NCBI GenBank assembly: GCA_963803995.1
Contig: CAWDOT010000026.1
Span: forward strand, 4,260 to 68,259
Source: an uncultured Acidobacteriota bacterium
GTDB taxonomy: Bacteria; Acidobacteriota; Thermoanaerobaculia; Multivoradales; JAGPDF01
Reading direction: 5' to 3'
Length of the DNA stretch: 64,000 nucleotides
Notes under the pieces: generated by a model
The model's input: only the letters and a program-made list of their open reading frames with translations
The model's database searches: none
Told to the model about the DNA's origin: nothing
Translations under genes and position numbers: made by a program
Shown: in pieces, positions 1 through 9,934 of the stretch
Numbering within the stretch: position 1 is the stretch's first letter
How the letters are laid out: every line of letters begins with the position of its first letter

Positions 1-833
1 GCCTGGTCACCTTCGGGCGCCCCTCCTCGGCGGGCGTGCCCGAGCCCTTCGCCGCGCTCACCCGCGTCCTGCCGCTCGACGACGAGGCGGCGGTCGAGGC
101 GCTGTTCGCCACCGAGGGCGATCGGATCGCGGCGGTCATCCTCGAGCCGATCCCGGCCAACAACGGCCTGCTGCTGCAGCGGCGCGAGTTCCTCGAGACG
201 CTGCGCCGGCTGACCCGCCGGCACGGCGCGCTGCTCGTCTTCGACGAGGTGATCAGCGGTTTCCGGGTCGCGCGCGGCGGCGCCGCCGAGCTCTACGGCA
301 TCACTCCCGACCTCGCCACTTTCGGCAAGATCATCGGCGGCGGCATGCCGGTCGGCGCCTTCGGCGGCTCGCGCGAGCTGATGAGCCACCTCGCGCCGCT
401 CGGCGGGGTCTACCAGGCCGGCACGCTGTCGGGCAATCCGGTCGCCATGGCGGCCGGTCTCGCGACCCTGCGCGTGCTCGAGCGCGACGACGTCTGGCGG
501 CGCCTCGAGGAGCGCGGCGCAGAGCTCGAGCGGCTGCTCCAGCCGGTTCTGGCGGCGGCGCCGCTGGCGGTCTCGCTGGTGCGCGTCGGCTCGATCTTCT
601 GGCTCTCGCTGCAGGCCGGCGCGCCGCCGCGCGCGGCCGAGGCGATCGCGCCCCAGGCGGCCACCGCCTACCGCGCCATCTTCCACGCCCTGCTCGACCG
701 CGGCGTCGCGCTCGCGCCGTCGGCCTACGAGGTCGGCTTCCTCTCCGCCGCTCACCGCACGGACGACCTCGTGCGGCTCGCCACGGAGCTGCCCGCCGCG
801 CTCGCGCGCGGCGCCGAGGCGATCGGCGCCTGA
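1..833 (+). CDS. hemL: glutamate-1-semialdehyde 2,1-aminomutase, C-terminal ~275 aa (5' end lies outside the window)
   Basis: The frame of ORF 36..833 is open to the window edge. The translation has VFDEVISGFR, TFGKIIGGGMPVGAFGG (PLP-lysine region) and YQAGTLSGNP, typical of HemL. Confidence 0.93.
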   Translation, partial: LVTFGRPSSAGVPEPFAALTRVLPLDDEAAVEALFATEGDRIAAVILEPIPANNGLLLQRREFLETLRRLTRRHGALLVFDEVISGFRVARGGAAELYGITPDLATFGKIIGGGMPVGAFGGSRELMSHLAPLGGVYQAGTLSGNPVAMAAGLATLRVLERDDVWRRLEERGAELERLLQPVLAAAPLAVSLVRVGSIFWLSLQAGAPPRAAEAIAPQAATAYRAIFHALLDRGVALAPSAYEVGFLSAAHRTDDLVRLATELPAALARGAEAIGA

Positions 834-837
834 GACG

Positions 838-1935
838 ATGACCCGGCCGTCGCGTCACACCCGCGGGCTCCAGCTCGGTTTCCTCGCCCTGCTGGTCTTC
901 TCGACCGCCCAGGTCGTCTGGTGGGTCTACGACCAGACCCAGCTCGCGCGGCGCGAGCGGGAGAACCTCGAGCGCCTCTACGAAACCGAGGCCCAGCTCG
1001 CCGGCCGACTGCTCGCGGAAGGCCGCAAGTGGGACGAGATCTCCCGCCTGCTGCCCGACCTCGCGCTCGAAGGGGGACGCGTCGTGCCGTCGTCCGCCGC
1101 GGTCGCGGCGATCGCCGACGAACAGACGCGGCGCCTGCGCCGCTACGGCGCCGAGGGGACCTTCTTCCTGCTCGTGCTGGTCGCCTGCATGGCGGTGATG
1201 TGGCGCACCCTGCGCGAGGAATCGGAGCTGCGGCGCCGGCAGGAGAACTTCGTGGCGGCGGTGACCCACGAGTTCAAGAGCCCGCTCGCCAGCCTGCAGC
1301 TCGCCGCCGAGACGATCGAGCTGCGCCGGCCCGATCCGGAGCGGCTCGCCGAGCTGGTCGGGCGCATGCGCGCGGACATCGTCCGGCTCGAGAACATGGT
1401 GTCGAAGATCCTCGACAGCGCGAGCCTCGACGCCGGACGGCTGCGCCTGACCAAGGAGCCGATCGGACTGGCGGCGGTCGCCGCGAGCGTCGCCGCCGAG
1501 ATCGCCGAACGCGCCCGCGAGGCGAAGATCGGCCTCGAGGTCGAGATCCCCGGCGAGCTCGAGATCGCCGCGGATCCGGTCGCCACCCGCACCGTGCTGC
1601 GCAATCTGCTCGAGAACGCGCTGCGCGCGACGGCCTCGACAGGCGCCGGCTCGATCCGCGTGAGCGCCGCGCCGGAGGGCAGCCACGTCCTGCTGCGCGT
1701 CGCCGACACCGGCGTCGGCTTCGAAGCGGCCGAGGCGACGCGCCTGTTCGAGAAGTTCTACCGGGTCGGCGACGAGCTCACCCGCACCGGCAAGGGCACC
1801 GGCCTGGGTCTCTACATCGTCGACCGTTTCATGCGGCTCGAGCAGGGCTGGGTCGCCGCCGAGAGCCCCGGCCCCGGCCGCGGCGCGACCTTCACGGTGG
1901 CCTGGCCGAAGCCGGACCCGGAGGGGAAGCGATGA
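838..1935 (+). CDS. sensor histidine kinase (one N-terminal TM segment, HisKA + HATPase_c)
   Basis: 365-aa ORF. It has the H-box VAAVTHEFKSPLASLQL, the N-box LLENALRA, and G-boxes DTGVGF / GTGLGLYIV. ATG lies 5 nt after the hemL stop. Confidence 0.9.
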   Translation: MTRPSRHTRGLQLGFLALLVFSTAQVVWWVYDQTQLARRERENLERLYETEAQLAGRLLAEGRKWDEISRLLPDLALEGGRVVPSSAAVAAIADEQTRRLRRYGAEGTFFLLVLVACMAVMWRTLREESELRRRQENFVAAVTHEFKSPLASLQLAAETIELRRPDPERLAELVGRMRADIVRLENMVSKILDSASLDAGRLRLTKEPIGLAAVAASVAAEIAERAREAKIGLEVEIPGELEIAADPVATRTVLRNLLENALRATASTGAGSIRVSAAPEGSHVLLRVADTGVGFEAAEATRLFEKFYRVGDELTRTGKGTGLGLYIVDRFMRLEQGWVAAESPGPGRGATFTVAWPKPDPEGKR

Positions 1936-2651
1936 GCGAGCCCCGCTCGATCCTGGTCTGCGACGACGAAGATCACCTGGCGCGCGGTATCGCCGAGAAC
2001 CTGGTCGCCGAGGGCTACGCGGTGACCACGGTCGGCGACGGGCTGGCCGCCCTGAACCAGATCGTCACCGGCGGCCACGACCTGGTCCTGCTCGACGTCA
2101 TGATGCCCGGCCTCGACGGCTACGCCGTCTGCGAGCGGGCGCGCGCCGAGGGAGTGACCACCCCGATCCTCTTCCTCACCGCGAAGGGGAGCGTCGACGA
2201 CCGCGTGCGCGGCCTCGAGGCCGGCGGCGACGACTACCTGCCCAAGCCCTTCCACCTCCAGGAGCTGCTGGCGCGCGTCAAGGGCATCCTGCGGCGCCAG
2301 ACCTGGTACGAGGGCACGACCGCCGCGGCCGGCGAGAAGATCAGCTTCGGCGACAACCTGGTCGACCTGCGCCGCTTCGCGGGGCGCGCCTTCGACGGCA
2401 GCGAGCAGCAGCTCACCCAGAAGGAGGCGATGATCCTCAAGGCTCTCGCCGAGCGCGACGGCGAGGTGGTCTCCCGCGAGGAGCTGCTCGACCGCGCCTG
2501 GGGCTACGAGCTGTTCCCGTCGACGCGCACCATCGACAACTTCATCCTGCGCCTGCGCAAGCGCTTCGAGCCCGACCCGGAGCGCCCGCGCTACTTCCAC
2601 ACCGTGCGGGGCATCGGCTACCGCTTCACGTCGCGAGGGGAGGAGTCTTGA
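1932..2651 (+). CDS. OmpR/PhoB-family response regulator (receiver + winged-helix)
   Basis: Internal ATG of ORF 921..2651 overlaps the kinase stop (ATGA). Sequence has ILVCDDE...DLVLLDVMMPGLDG...LTAKG...DDYLPKPF, then a C-terminal trans_reg_C-like FHTVRGIGYRF. Confidence 0.92.
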   Translation: MSEPRSILVCDDEDHLARGIAENLVAEGYAVTTVGDGLAALNQIVTGGHDLVLLDVMMPGLDGYAVCERARAEGVTTPILFLTAKGSVDDRVRGLEAGGDDYLPKPFHLQELLARVKGILRRQTWYEGTTAAAGEKISFGDNLVDLRRFAGRAFDGSEQQLTQKEAMILKALAERDGEVVSREELLDRAWGYELFPSTRTIDNFILRLRKRFEPDPERPRYFHTVRGIGYRFTSRGEES

Positions 2652-3592
2652 GCGAGCGTCCGCTGCGCATCGGCACCCGGGGATCGGATCTCGCGCTCTG
2701 GCAGGCCCGGCACGTCGCCGCGCTGCTGGCGCGCCTGCCCGGCGCGCCGCCGACCGAGCTCGTCCTCATCCGCACCGAGGGGGATCGGGTCACCGACGTG
2801 CCGCTCGCGCAGGTCGCGGGCAAGGCCTTCTTCACCAAGGAGATCGAGGAGGCGCTGCTGGCCGGGACGGTCGACCTCGCGGTGCACAGCCTGAAGGACC
2901 TCGCGACCGCGATGCCGGCCGGCCTCGCGCTCGGCGCCGTGCTCGAGCGCGAGGATCCGCGCGACGCGCTGCTCGCGCGCGGCGCGCGCTCGCTCGAGGA
3001 GCTGCCGGCGGGCGCCCGGGTCGGCACCAGCAGCCTGCGCCGGCGGGCGCTGCTCGCACGCTGGCGGCCGGAGCTCGCGCTGGTCGACCTGCGCGGCAAC
3101 GTGCCGACGCGCATCGAGCGGCTCGACGAAGGCCGCTTCGACGCCATCGTGCTCGCCGCCGCCGGCGTGCGCCGTCTCGGCCGCGCCGAGCGCATCTCGG
3201 CCTACCTGCCGGTCGACCGGATGCCGCCCGCCGTCGCCCAGGGCGCGGTCGCGGTGCAGCTGCGCGCGGACGACGCCCGGGCGATCGACTGGGTGGCGCG
3301 CCTCGACCACGCGCCGACGCACGTCGCGACCGCCGCCGAGCGGGCGCTCCTCGCCGCGCTCGAAGGGGGTTGCCAGATCCCGGTCGGCGCGCTCGCCGAG
3401 GTGACGGGCGAGCGCCTGACTCTCGCCGGCACGGTCTGCGCGCTCGACGGCCGCCGCTCGGTCGAGGACCGGATCTCCGGAGCCGCCGCCGAAGCCGCCG
3501 CGCTCGGCGCCGAGCTCGCCCGCCGCCTTCTCGCGGCCGGGGCCGGCGAGATTCTCGCCGCCATCCGCGGTCCCCTGGGAGGGCGCTCCTGA
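2648..3592 (+). CDS. hemC: hydroxymethylbilane synthase (porphobilinogen deaminase)
   Basis: 314-aa ORF with [22 protein letters not shown] and RGNVPTRI motifs. The TTG start overlaps the regulator stop (TTGA). Confidence 0.93.
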   Translation: MSERPLRIGTRGSDLALWQARHVAALLARLPGAPPTELVLIRTEGDRVTDVPLAQVAGKAFFTKEIEEALLAGTVDLAVHSLKDLATAMPAGLALGAVLEREDPRDALLARGARSLEELPAGARVGTSSLRRRALLARWRPELALVDLRGNVPTRIERLDEGRFDAIVLAAAGVRRLGRAERISAYLPVDRMPPAVAQGAVAVQLRADDARAIDWVARLDHAPTHVATAAERALLAALEGGCQIPVGALAEVTGERLTLAGTVCALDGRRSVEDRISGAAAEAAALGAELARRLLAAGAGEILAAIRGPLGGRS

Positions 3593-4437
3593 GCGCGCCG
3601 CTGCGGTTTCCGGCGGGGGTTGGCGTCGCGGTGACGCGCGCCGAGCCCGCGGGCGGCCCGCTCGGCCGCCGCCTGGCGGAGCGCGGCGCGCGGCCGGTCG
3701 CCTGGACCACGATGGCGATCGCGCCGCCGGCCGACCCGGCGCCGTTCGCGCGCGCCGCGGCACAGCTCGACGCCTGGGACTGGATCGTCTTCACCAGCGC
3801 GCACGCCGTCGAGGCGGTCGCCGCGCTCGCCCCGGCCGCGCCGCGCGCGCGCGTCGCCGCGGTCGGGCGCTCGACCGCGGCGGCGCTCGCCGTCGCCGGC
3901 TGGCCGGTCGCGCGCGTGCCGAAGACCTTCTCGGCCGAGGCGCTGGTCGCCGAGTTCGAGCGGGCCGGCGACGCCGCCGGCGCGCGGGTGCTCTTCCCGG
4001 CCGGGTCGCTCGCCCGCGACAACGTGGAGCGGGGGCTCACCGCCCTCGGCGCCGCGGTCGAGCGGGTCGAGGCCTATCGCACCCTCGCCGCGCCGCTCGA
4101 CGCCGCGGCCTGCCGCGCCGCGGTCGCCGCCGGCGACGTGGTCGCCGCGACCTTCGCCAGCCCCTCGGCGGTCGCCGGCCTCGCCGACGCGCTCGGCCAC
4201 GAGCTCTTCCGCGACGTGCTGTCGAGCCTCGCGGTCGCCTCGATCGGCCCGGTCACCTCGAGCGCGCTCGGCGCGGCCGGCCGCCTGCCCGACGCCGAGG
4301 CGGCGGAGAGCACGTTCGACGCCCTCGCCGACGCCGCCGTCCGTGCGCTCGCCGCGCGCGGCCTGCGCCTCGAGGTCCACAGCCAGCCCCCGCCGCGTCC
4401 GCGGCGGCCACGCAGCCCCTTCGGAGACCGAGCATGA
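3589..4437 (+). CDS. hemD: uroporphyrinogen-III synthase (N-terminal boundary uncertain)
   Basis: The real part of ORF 3370..4437 has [11 protein letters not shown]...[12 protein letters not shown]...ASIGPVTS, which is HemD-like. The conserved N-terminus lies upstream of the first in-frame GTG (3631). A non-canonical start near the hemC stop, or an unseen indel, is therefore implied. Confidence 0.75.
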   Translation: MSAPLRFPAGVGVAVTRAEPAGGPLGRRLAERGARPVAWTTMAIAPPADPAPFARAAAQLDAWDWIVFTSAHAVEAVAALAPAAPRARVAAVGRSTAAALAVAGWPVARVPKTFSAEALVAEFERAGDAAGARVLFPAGSLARDNVERGLTALGAAVERVEAYRTLAAPLDAAACRAAVAAGDVVAATFASPSAVAGLADALGHELFRDVLSSLAVASIGPVTSSALGAAGRLPDAEAAESTFDALADAAVRALAARGLRLEVHSQPPPRPRRPRSPFGDRA

Positions 4438-5420
4438 GCTACCCCCGCAGCCGACCCCGGCGCCTGCGCGCCACGCCCGCCTGGCGCGCCCTGGTGGCGG
4501 AGACCACGCTCTCCGCCGCGGACCTCGTCTACCCGCTGTTCGTCGTCCCCGGCGAGGGGATCCGCAACCCGGTCGGCAGCATGCCGGGCGTCTTCCAGCT
4601 GTCGATCGACGAGCTGGTCCGGGAGTGCGCGGCCGCCTGGGCGCTCGGCGTGCCGGCGGTGATCCTGTTCGGCATCCCCGAGCACAAGGACCCCGAGGGG
4701 AGCGAGGGCTACGCCGACTCCGGCATCGTGCCGCGCGCGATCCGCGCGCTCAAGGCGGCGCTGCCCGACCTCCAGGTCTGGGCCGACGTCTGCCTCTGCG
4801 AGTACACCAGCCACGGCCACTGCGGCCTGCTCGACGCCGAGGGGCGGGTCCTCAACGACGCCACCCTGCCGCTGCTCGCCCGGGCGTCGCTCGCCTACGC
4901 GCGCGCCGGCGCCGACTGCGTCGCGCCGAGCGACATGATGGACGGCAGGATCGGCGCGATCCGCACGGCGCTCGACGCCGCCGGCTTCGAGCACCTGCCG
5001 ATCGTCTCCTACGCCGCCAAGTACGCTTCGGGCTACTACGGTCCCTTCCGCGACGCGGCGCACTCGACCCCCGCCTTCGGCGACCGCAAGGCCTACCAGA
5101 TGGACCCGGCCAACTCGGACGAGGCGCTGCGCGAAGTGGCGCTCGACATCGAGGAGGGCGCCGACATGGTGATGGTCAAGCCGGCCGGCCCCTACCTCGA
5201 CATCGTGCGCCGGGTGAAGGAGACCTTCCGGATGCCGACCGCCGCCTACCAGGTCTCGGGCGAGTACGCCCTGATCAAGGCCGCCGCCGAGCGGGGCTGG
5301 ATCGACGAGCGCCGGGTCGCGCTCGAGAGCCTGACCGGCATCCGGCGGGCGGGCGCCGACGTGATCCTCACCTACTACGCCGTCGAGGTCGCCCGGTGGC
5401 TCGCGGAGGGTCGCGCTTGA
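4434..5420 (+). CDS. hemB: porphobilinogen synthase (delta-aminolevulinate dehydratase)
   Basis: 328-aa ORF with [30 protein letters not shown] and YQVSGEY motifs. ATGA overlap with hemD. Confidence 0.95.
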   Translation: MSYPRSRPRRLRATPAWRALVAETTLSAADLVYPLFVVPGEGIRNPVGSMPGVFQLSIDELVRECAAAWALGVPAVILFGIPEHKDPEGSEGYADSGIVPRAIRALKAALPDLQVWADVCLCEYTSHGHCGLLDAEGRVLNDATLPLLARASLAYARAGADCVAPSDMMDGRIGAIRTALDAAGFEHLPIVSYAAKYASGYYGPFRDAAHSTPAFGDRKAYQMDPANSDEALREVALDIEEGADMVMVKPAGPYLDIVRRVKETFRMPTAAYQVSGEYALIKAAAERGWIDERRVALESLTGIRRAGADVILTYYAVEVARWLAEGRA

Positions 5421-6474
5421 GCGACGCGCCGGCGGCGCTCCCGCCCTTTCTCGCCGCCTGCCGCCGGCAGGCGGCGGCGCACACGCCGATCTGGATCATG
5501 CGCCAGGCCGGGCGCTACCTGCCCGAGTACCGCGCGCTGCGCGAGAAGCACGACTTCCTCGCGATGACGCGCACGCCCGAGCTGGCGGCCGAAGTGACGC
5601 TGCAGCCGGTCCGCCGCTTCCCGCTCGACGCCGCCATCCTCTTCTCCGACATCATGACGCCGCTCGAGGGGCTCGGCCTCGGCCTGCGCTTCACGCCCGG
5701 TCCGGTGATCGACCGCCCGGTGCGCAGCGCCGCCGACGTCGACGCCCTGCCGGCGACCGATCCCGAGGAGACCGTGCCGTTCGTCTTCGCGACGATCCGC
5801 GCCCTGCGCTCCGAGCTGCCGGAGCGCACGCCCCTGATCGGCTTCGCGGGCGCGCCGTTCACGCTCCTCTGCTATCTCGTCGAGGGCAAGGGCTCGAAGG
5901 GCTTCCTCGCCGCACGCTCCTTCCTCTACGCCGAGCCGCGACGGCGGCGCGCCGCCTGCTCGACAAGCTCGCCGACCTGACGCTCGCCTACCTCGCCGCG
6001 CAGGCGCGCGCCGGGGCGCAGGCGCTGATGCTGTTCGACTCCTGGGCCGGGCTGCTCGGACCCGCGACCTACGCGGAGTTCGCGCTGCCCGTCGTCCGGC
6101 GGATCCTCGACGGGCTCGCCGGAGCTGCGGCGCTGCCGCGCATCTACTTCCCCCACCAGGGCGGCACGCTGCTGCCCGAGCTCGCCGGCCTGCCCGCCGA
6201 GGTGGTGGGCGTCGACTGGCGCATGCCGCTCGCGCGCGCCCGCGCCGCGCTCGGGCCGGAGCTCGCCGTCCAGGGCAATCTCGACCCGGCCGCGCTCTTC
6301 GCGCCCGACGCCGAGCTCGCCCGCCAGGCCGACCGCGTGCTCGCCGAGGCCGGCGGCGTGCCGGGACACATCTTCAATCTCGGGCACGGCATCGAGCCGG
6401 GGGTCGACCCCGGCAAGGTCGCCCTGCTCGTCGACCACGTCCATGAGCGCACCACCGGAGGGGGGCTCCGATGA
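5417..6474 (+). pseudogene. hemE: uroporphyrinogen decarboxylase, frame-disrupted in this sequence (one -1 shift near 5935-5945)
   Basis: The N-terminal part PIWIMRQAGRYLPEY...ILFSDI...IGFAGAPFTL is in the frame of ORF 4343..5980. The continuation RLLDKLADLTLAYLAAQARAGAQALMLFDSWAG...HIFNLGHGI is in the frame of ORF 6028..6474. TTGA overlap with hemB. Confidence 0.9.
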
Positions 6475-7862
6475 CGCACGTTCCGCACGCTGATCCCGAG
6501 CTGGTCCGCCGCTTCGACCGGCCCGGGCCGCGCTACACCTCCTACCCGACCGCAGTCGAGTTCCACGACGGGGTCGGCGCGGACCAGTACCTCGAGCACC
6601 TGGCGCGCGCCGACGCCCGCGATCCGGACGCCCCGCTCTCGCTCTACATCCACGTCCCCTTCTGCATCCAGCACTGCTCCTACTGCGGCTGCCACGTGAT
6701 CGCGACCCCGCGCCACGAGGTCGCCGCGCGCTACCTCGGCTACGTGCGACGCGAGCTCGAGCTGGTCGCCGCCGCGCTGCCGCGGCGCCGCTCGATCGTG
6801 CAGATGCACTGGGGCGGCGGCACGCCGACCTACCTGACGCCGGACGAGCTCGGCGAGCTGCACGGCCACGTCGCCGCCTGCTTCGACCTGCTGCCCAACG
6901 CCGAGGTCGCGGTCGAGGTCGACCCGCGGGTGACGACGCGCGACCACCTCGCGACCCTCGCGCGGCTCGGCTTCAACCGGCTCTCGATGGGCGTCCAGGA
7001 CTTCACGCCCGAGGTGCAGGAGGCGATCGGCCGCGGCCAGACCTTCGAGCAGACCCGCGACCTCGTCGCGATCGCGCGCGAGGTCGGCTTCCGCGAGGGG
7101 ATCAACCTCGACCTCGTCTACGGCCTGCCCTACCAGACCGAGGCGACCTTCGAGACCAACCTCGACCGGCTGATCGAGCTGCGCCCCGACCGTCTGGCGG
7201 TCTACTCCTTCGCCTACGTGCCCTGGATCCGGCCGAACCAGAAGAAGATCGACGCCGCGCGGCTGCCGGCACGCGAGGAGAAGCTCGCCCTCTACCAGAT
7301 GACCCTCGCGCGGCTGATCGAGGCCGGCTACGAGCCGATCGGCATGGACCACTTCGCGCTGCCCGGCGACGAGCTCGCCCGCGCCGCGCGCGCCGGCCGG
7401 CTCGACCGCAACTTCATGGGCTACACGGTGCGCCCGGCCTCCGCGATGATCGCCTTCGGCGTCTCCGGCATCGGCGAGGTCGAGGGGGGCTTCTTCCAGA
7501 ACGAGCGCAAGCTCTCGACCTACTACGCTGCGCTCGACGCCGGCCGGCTGCCGATCCAGCGCGGCTACCGGCTCGACGACGACGATCGCCTCCGCCAGTA
7601 CGTCATCCGCCAGCTGATGTGCAACTTCGCGGTCGACAAGGGCGAGGTCGCGGCGCGCTTCGGCATCGACTTCGACCTCTATTTCGCCGACGCGCTCGGC
7701 AAGCTCGACGAGCCGCGCGCGGCGGGCCTCTTCGCCGAGAGCGCCGGCCGGCTCGAGATCACCGAGCGCGGCCGGCTCTTCGTGCGCAACGTCTGCATGG
7801 CGTTCGACCGCTACCTCGAGGCGAAGAAGCCGGACAAGCCGGTCTTCTCGCGCACGGTCTAG
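6471..7862 (+). CDS. hemN: oxygen-independent coproporphyrinogen-III oxidase (radical SAM, HemN type)
   Basis: 463 aa with GPRYTSYPTA at the N-terminus and LYIHVPFCIQHCSYCGC (CxxxCxxC). The full-length HemN architecture is present, rather than short HemW. ATGA overlap with hemE. Confidence 0.92.
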   Translation: MTHVPHADPELVRRFDRPGPRYTSYPTAVEFHDGVGADQYLEHLARADARDPDAPLSLYIHVPFCIQHCSYCGCHVIATPRHEVAARYLGYVRRELELVAAALPRRRSIVQMHWGGGTPTYLTPDELGELHGHVAACFDLLPNAEVAVEVDPRVTTRDHLATLARLGFNRLSMGVQDFTPEVQEAIGRGQTFEQTRDLVAIAREVGFREGINLDLVYGLPYQTEATFETNLDRLIELRPDRLAVYSFAYVPWIRPNQKKIDAARLPAREEKLALYQMTLARLIEAGYEPIGMDHFALPGDELARAARAGRLDRNFMGYTVRPASAMIAFGVSGIGEVEGGFFQNERKLSTYYAALDAGRLPIQRGYRLDDDDRLRQYVIRQLMCNFAVDKGEVAARFGIDFDLYFADALGKLDEPRAAGLFAESAGRLEITERGRLFVRNVCMAFDRYLEAKKPDKPVFSRTV

Positions 7863-7866
7863 GGCG

Positions 7867-9317
7867 ATGACGAAACGGGTCGTGGTGGTGGGCGGCGGGG
7901 TCTCCGGCCTCGCCACTGCGCTCGCCCTGCGCGACGCCGCGGCCGCGCAGGGCCGGGCGGTCGAGGTCTCGGTGGTCGAGGCCGCGCCGCGGCTCGGCGG
8001 CAACCTGCGCAGCGAGCGCTCCGACGGCTTCGTGGTCGAGTGGGGCCCCAACGGCTTCCTCGACAACGCGCCGGCCACCCTCGACCTGGTCGAGCGGATC
8101 GGGCTCGACGGCGAGATCCAGCCCGCCGACCCGCAGGCCGCGCGCCGCTTCCTCTACCGGCGCGGCCGCCTGCACGAGCTGCCCGGCGGGCCGCTCTCGT
8201 TCCTGTTCAACCCGGTGCTCTCGCTGCCCGGCCGCCTGCGCGTGCTGGGCGAGCCCTTCGCGGCCGCGCGCCCGGCCGGCGTCGACGAGAGCGTGCACGC
8301 CTTCGCGACGCGCCGGATCGGCGAGGAGGCCGCCTCGGTGCTGGTCGACGCCATGGTCTCGGGCGTCTTCGCCGGCGACGCGCGCGCCCTTTCGCTCGCG
8401 AGCGCTTTCCCGAAGATGGCGGCGATGGAGGCCGAGCACGGCGGTCTGGTGCGCGCGATGCTCGCCCGCGGCCGCGAGCGCCGCGTCGCGCGGAAGGACG
8501 CCGAGGCGCGGCGCGCGCGCGGCGAGGATGTCCGCCGGCTCACCCGCGCCGGCGGGCCCGCCGGGCCGGGCGGCACGCTCACCTCCTTCCGCGGCGGCAT
8601 CGAGACGCTGATCGAGGGGCTCGCCCGCGCGCTCGGCGCCGGCGTCGAGACCGGTCGGCCGATGCTCGCGCTGCGCCGGGCCGGGAACGGCGCGACGCTG
8701 GCGGCTCGAGCTCGAGGGCGGCGAGCGGCGGGAGGCCGACGCGGTGGTCCTCGCCATCCCCGCGACCCGCGCGCGGCCGCTGCTCGCCCCGCTCGACGCG
8801 CGGCTCGACGCGGTCCTCGGCGAGATGCCGGCGGCCGGGCTCGCCGTCGTCGCGCTCGCCTGGCCGCGCGGCGGCGATCGGCGGCGCGCCGAACGGCTTC
8901 GGCTTCCTGGCGCCGCGCGGCGAGGGGCTGCGCCTGCTCGGCTGCCTCTGGGACTCGAGCATCTTCCCGGGCCGGGCGCCGGAGGGTCATGTCCTCGTCC
9001 GCGCGATGATCGGCGGCGCCCACGATCCCGCGGCCGTGGCGCTCTCCGACGAGGAGCTGATCGCGGAAGCGCGCGCCGACCTCACCCGCGCCATGAAGCT
9101 GACCGCCGCGCCCGAGCGCACCTGGGTCTTCCGCCACCCGCTCGGCATCGGCCAGTACACGGTCGGCCACGGCGCCCGCCTCGAGCGCGTCGCGGCCGCG
9201 CTCGCCGACCACCCCGGCCTCCACGTCGCCGGCCAGTCCTGGTTCGGCATCGCCATGAACGCCGCGATCGAACAGGCCCCCAAGACCGCCGCCGCCGTCC
9301 TCGCCGACCTCGGCTGA
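7867..9317 (+). pseudogene. hemY: protoporphyrinogen/coproporphyrinogen oxidase (HemY/CgoX family FAD enzyme), frame-disrupted (two +1 shifts near 8697 and 8875)
   Basis: VVVVGGGVSGLATA dinucleotide fold at the N-terminus (frame of 7867). The middle WRLELEGGERREADAVVLAIPATRA is in the frame of 8744. The C-terminus GFGFLAPR...IGQYTVGH...HVAGQSWFGIAMN is in the frame of 8040..9317. Confidence 0.88.
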
Positions 9318-9366
9318 GCGGCAGCCGGCTCCGGCCCGCGGCGGGCGCCGGTGCTAGATTTCCACC

Positions 9367-9934
9367 ATGCGCCGAACCACCCAGCGTCTCCTCGGCGGCG
9401 CCGGCCTCGTCCTCGGGCTCGCCGCGCTCGCCGCCTGCTCGAAGCCCGCTCCGCCGCCCCCCGCCGCGCCGCCCGCCCCGGTGCGGGTCGAGAACGCCGC
9501 GCTCGGCCTCGTCTTCACCGCGTTGCCCCAGGGCTTCAAGGTGGCGAAGAACGAGGGCGCCGACGCTCGCCTTCGACGCCGACCTCGCGGGGGTCGCCGC
9601 CACCGTCACGGTCGGGGTCGGCGAGCCCGAGGCGGGCGCGATCGGCCTGGTCGACCGCGCCAACGCCTTCGGCGCCGAGGCCCAGGCCGCCGGCGGCAAG
9701 TTCCACGGCGGCAACGAGCTGGTCACCCCGTTCGGCTCCGCCACCACGGTGCGCGCGACGGTCGACGGCGGCAAGGTCGAAGAGCGGCGGGTCCTGATGC
9801 TCCACCCGCCGGATCCCCGCCGCCTGCTGACCTTCGTGATGCGCTACCCGCCCGCCGACGCCCAGGTCACCCGCGACCGCCTGATGCAGCTCATGGAGCT
9901 GCTCGGCGCGATGGAGATCGCGGAGGGGAGTTAG
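9367..9934 (+). pseudogene. small lipoprotein of unknown function, frame-disrupted (+1 shift near 9562)
   Basis: Signal peptide plus lipobox LGLAALAAC. The sequence continues sensibly (TLAFDADLAGVAATVTVGVGEPEAG...MELLGAMEIAEGS) only in the frame of ORF 8744..9934. Its stop overlaps the stop of the convergent ABC gene (TTAG). Confidence 0.55.

Noticed and set aside
331-1686. A 451-aa minus-strand ORF antisense to hemL and the histidine kinase. The same applies to many similar antisense ORFs, for example 2618..3763, 6144..8078, 25873..28560, 57256..60252 and 59899..61167.
   Set aside because: These have extreme Arg/Ala/Pro/Gly content and no motifs. They overlap genes with clear family signatures on the other strand or in another frame.
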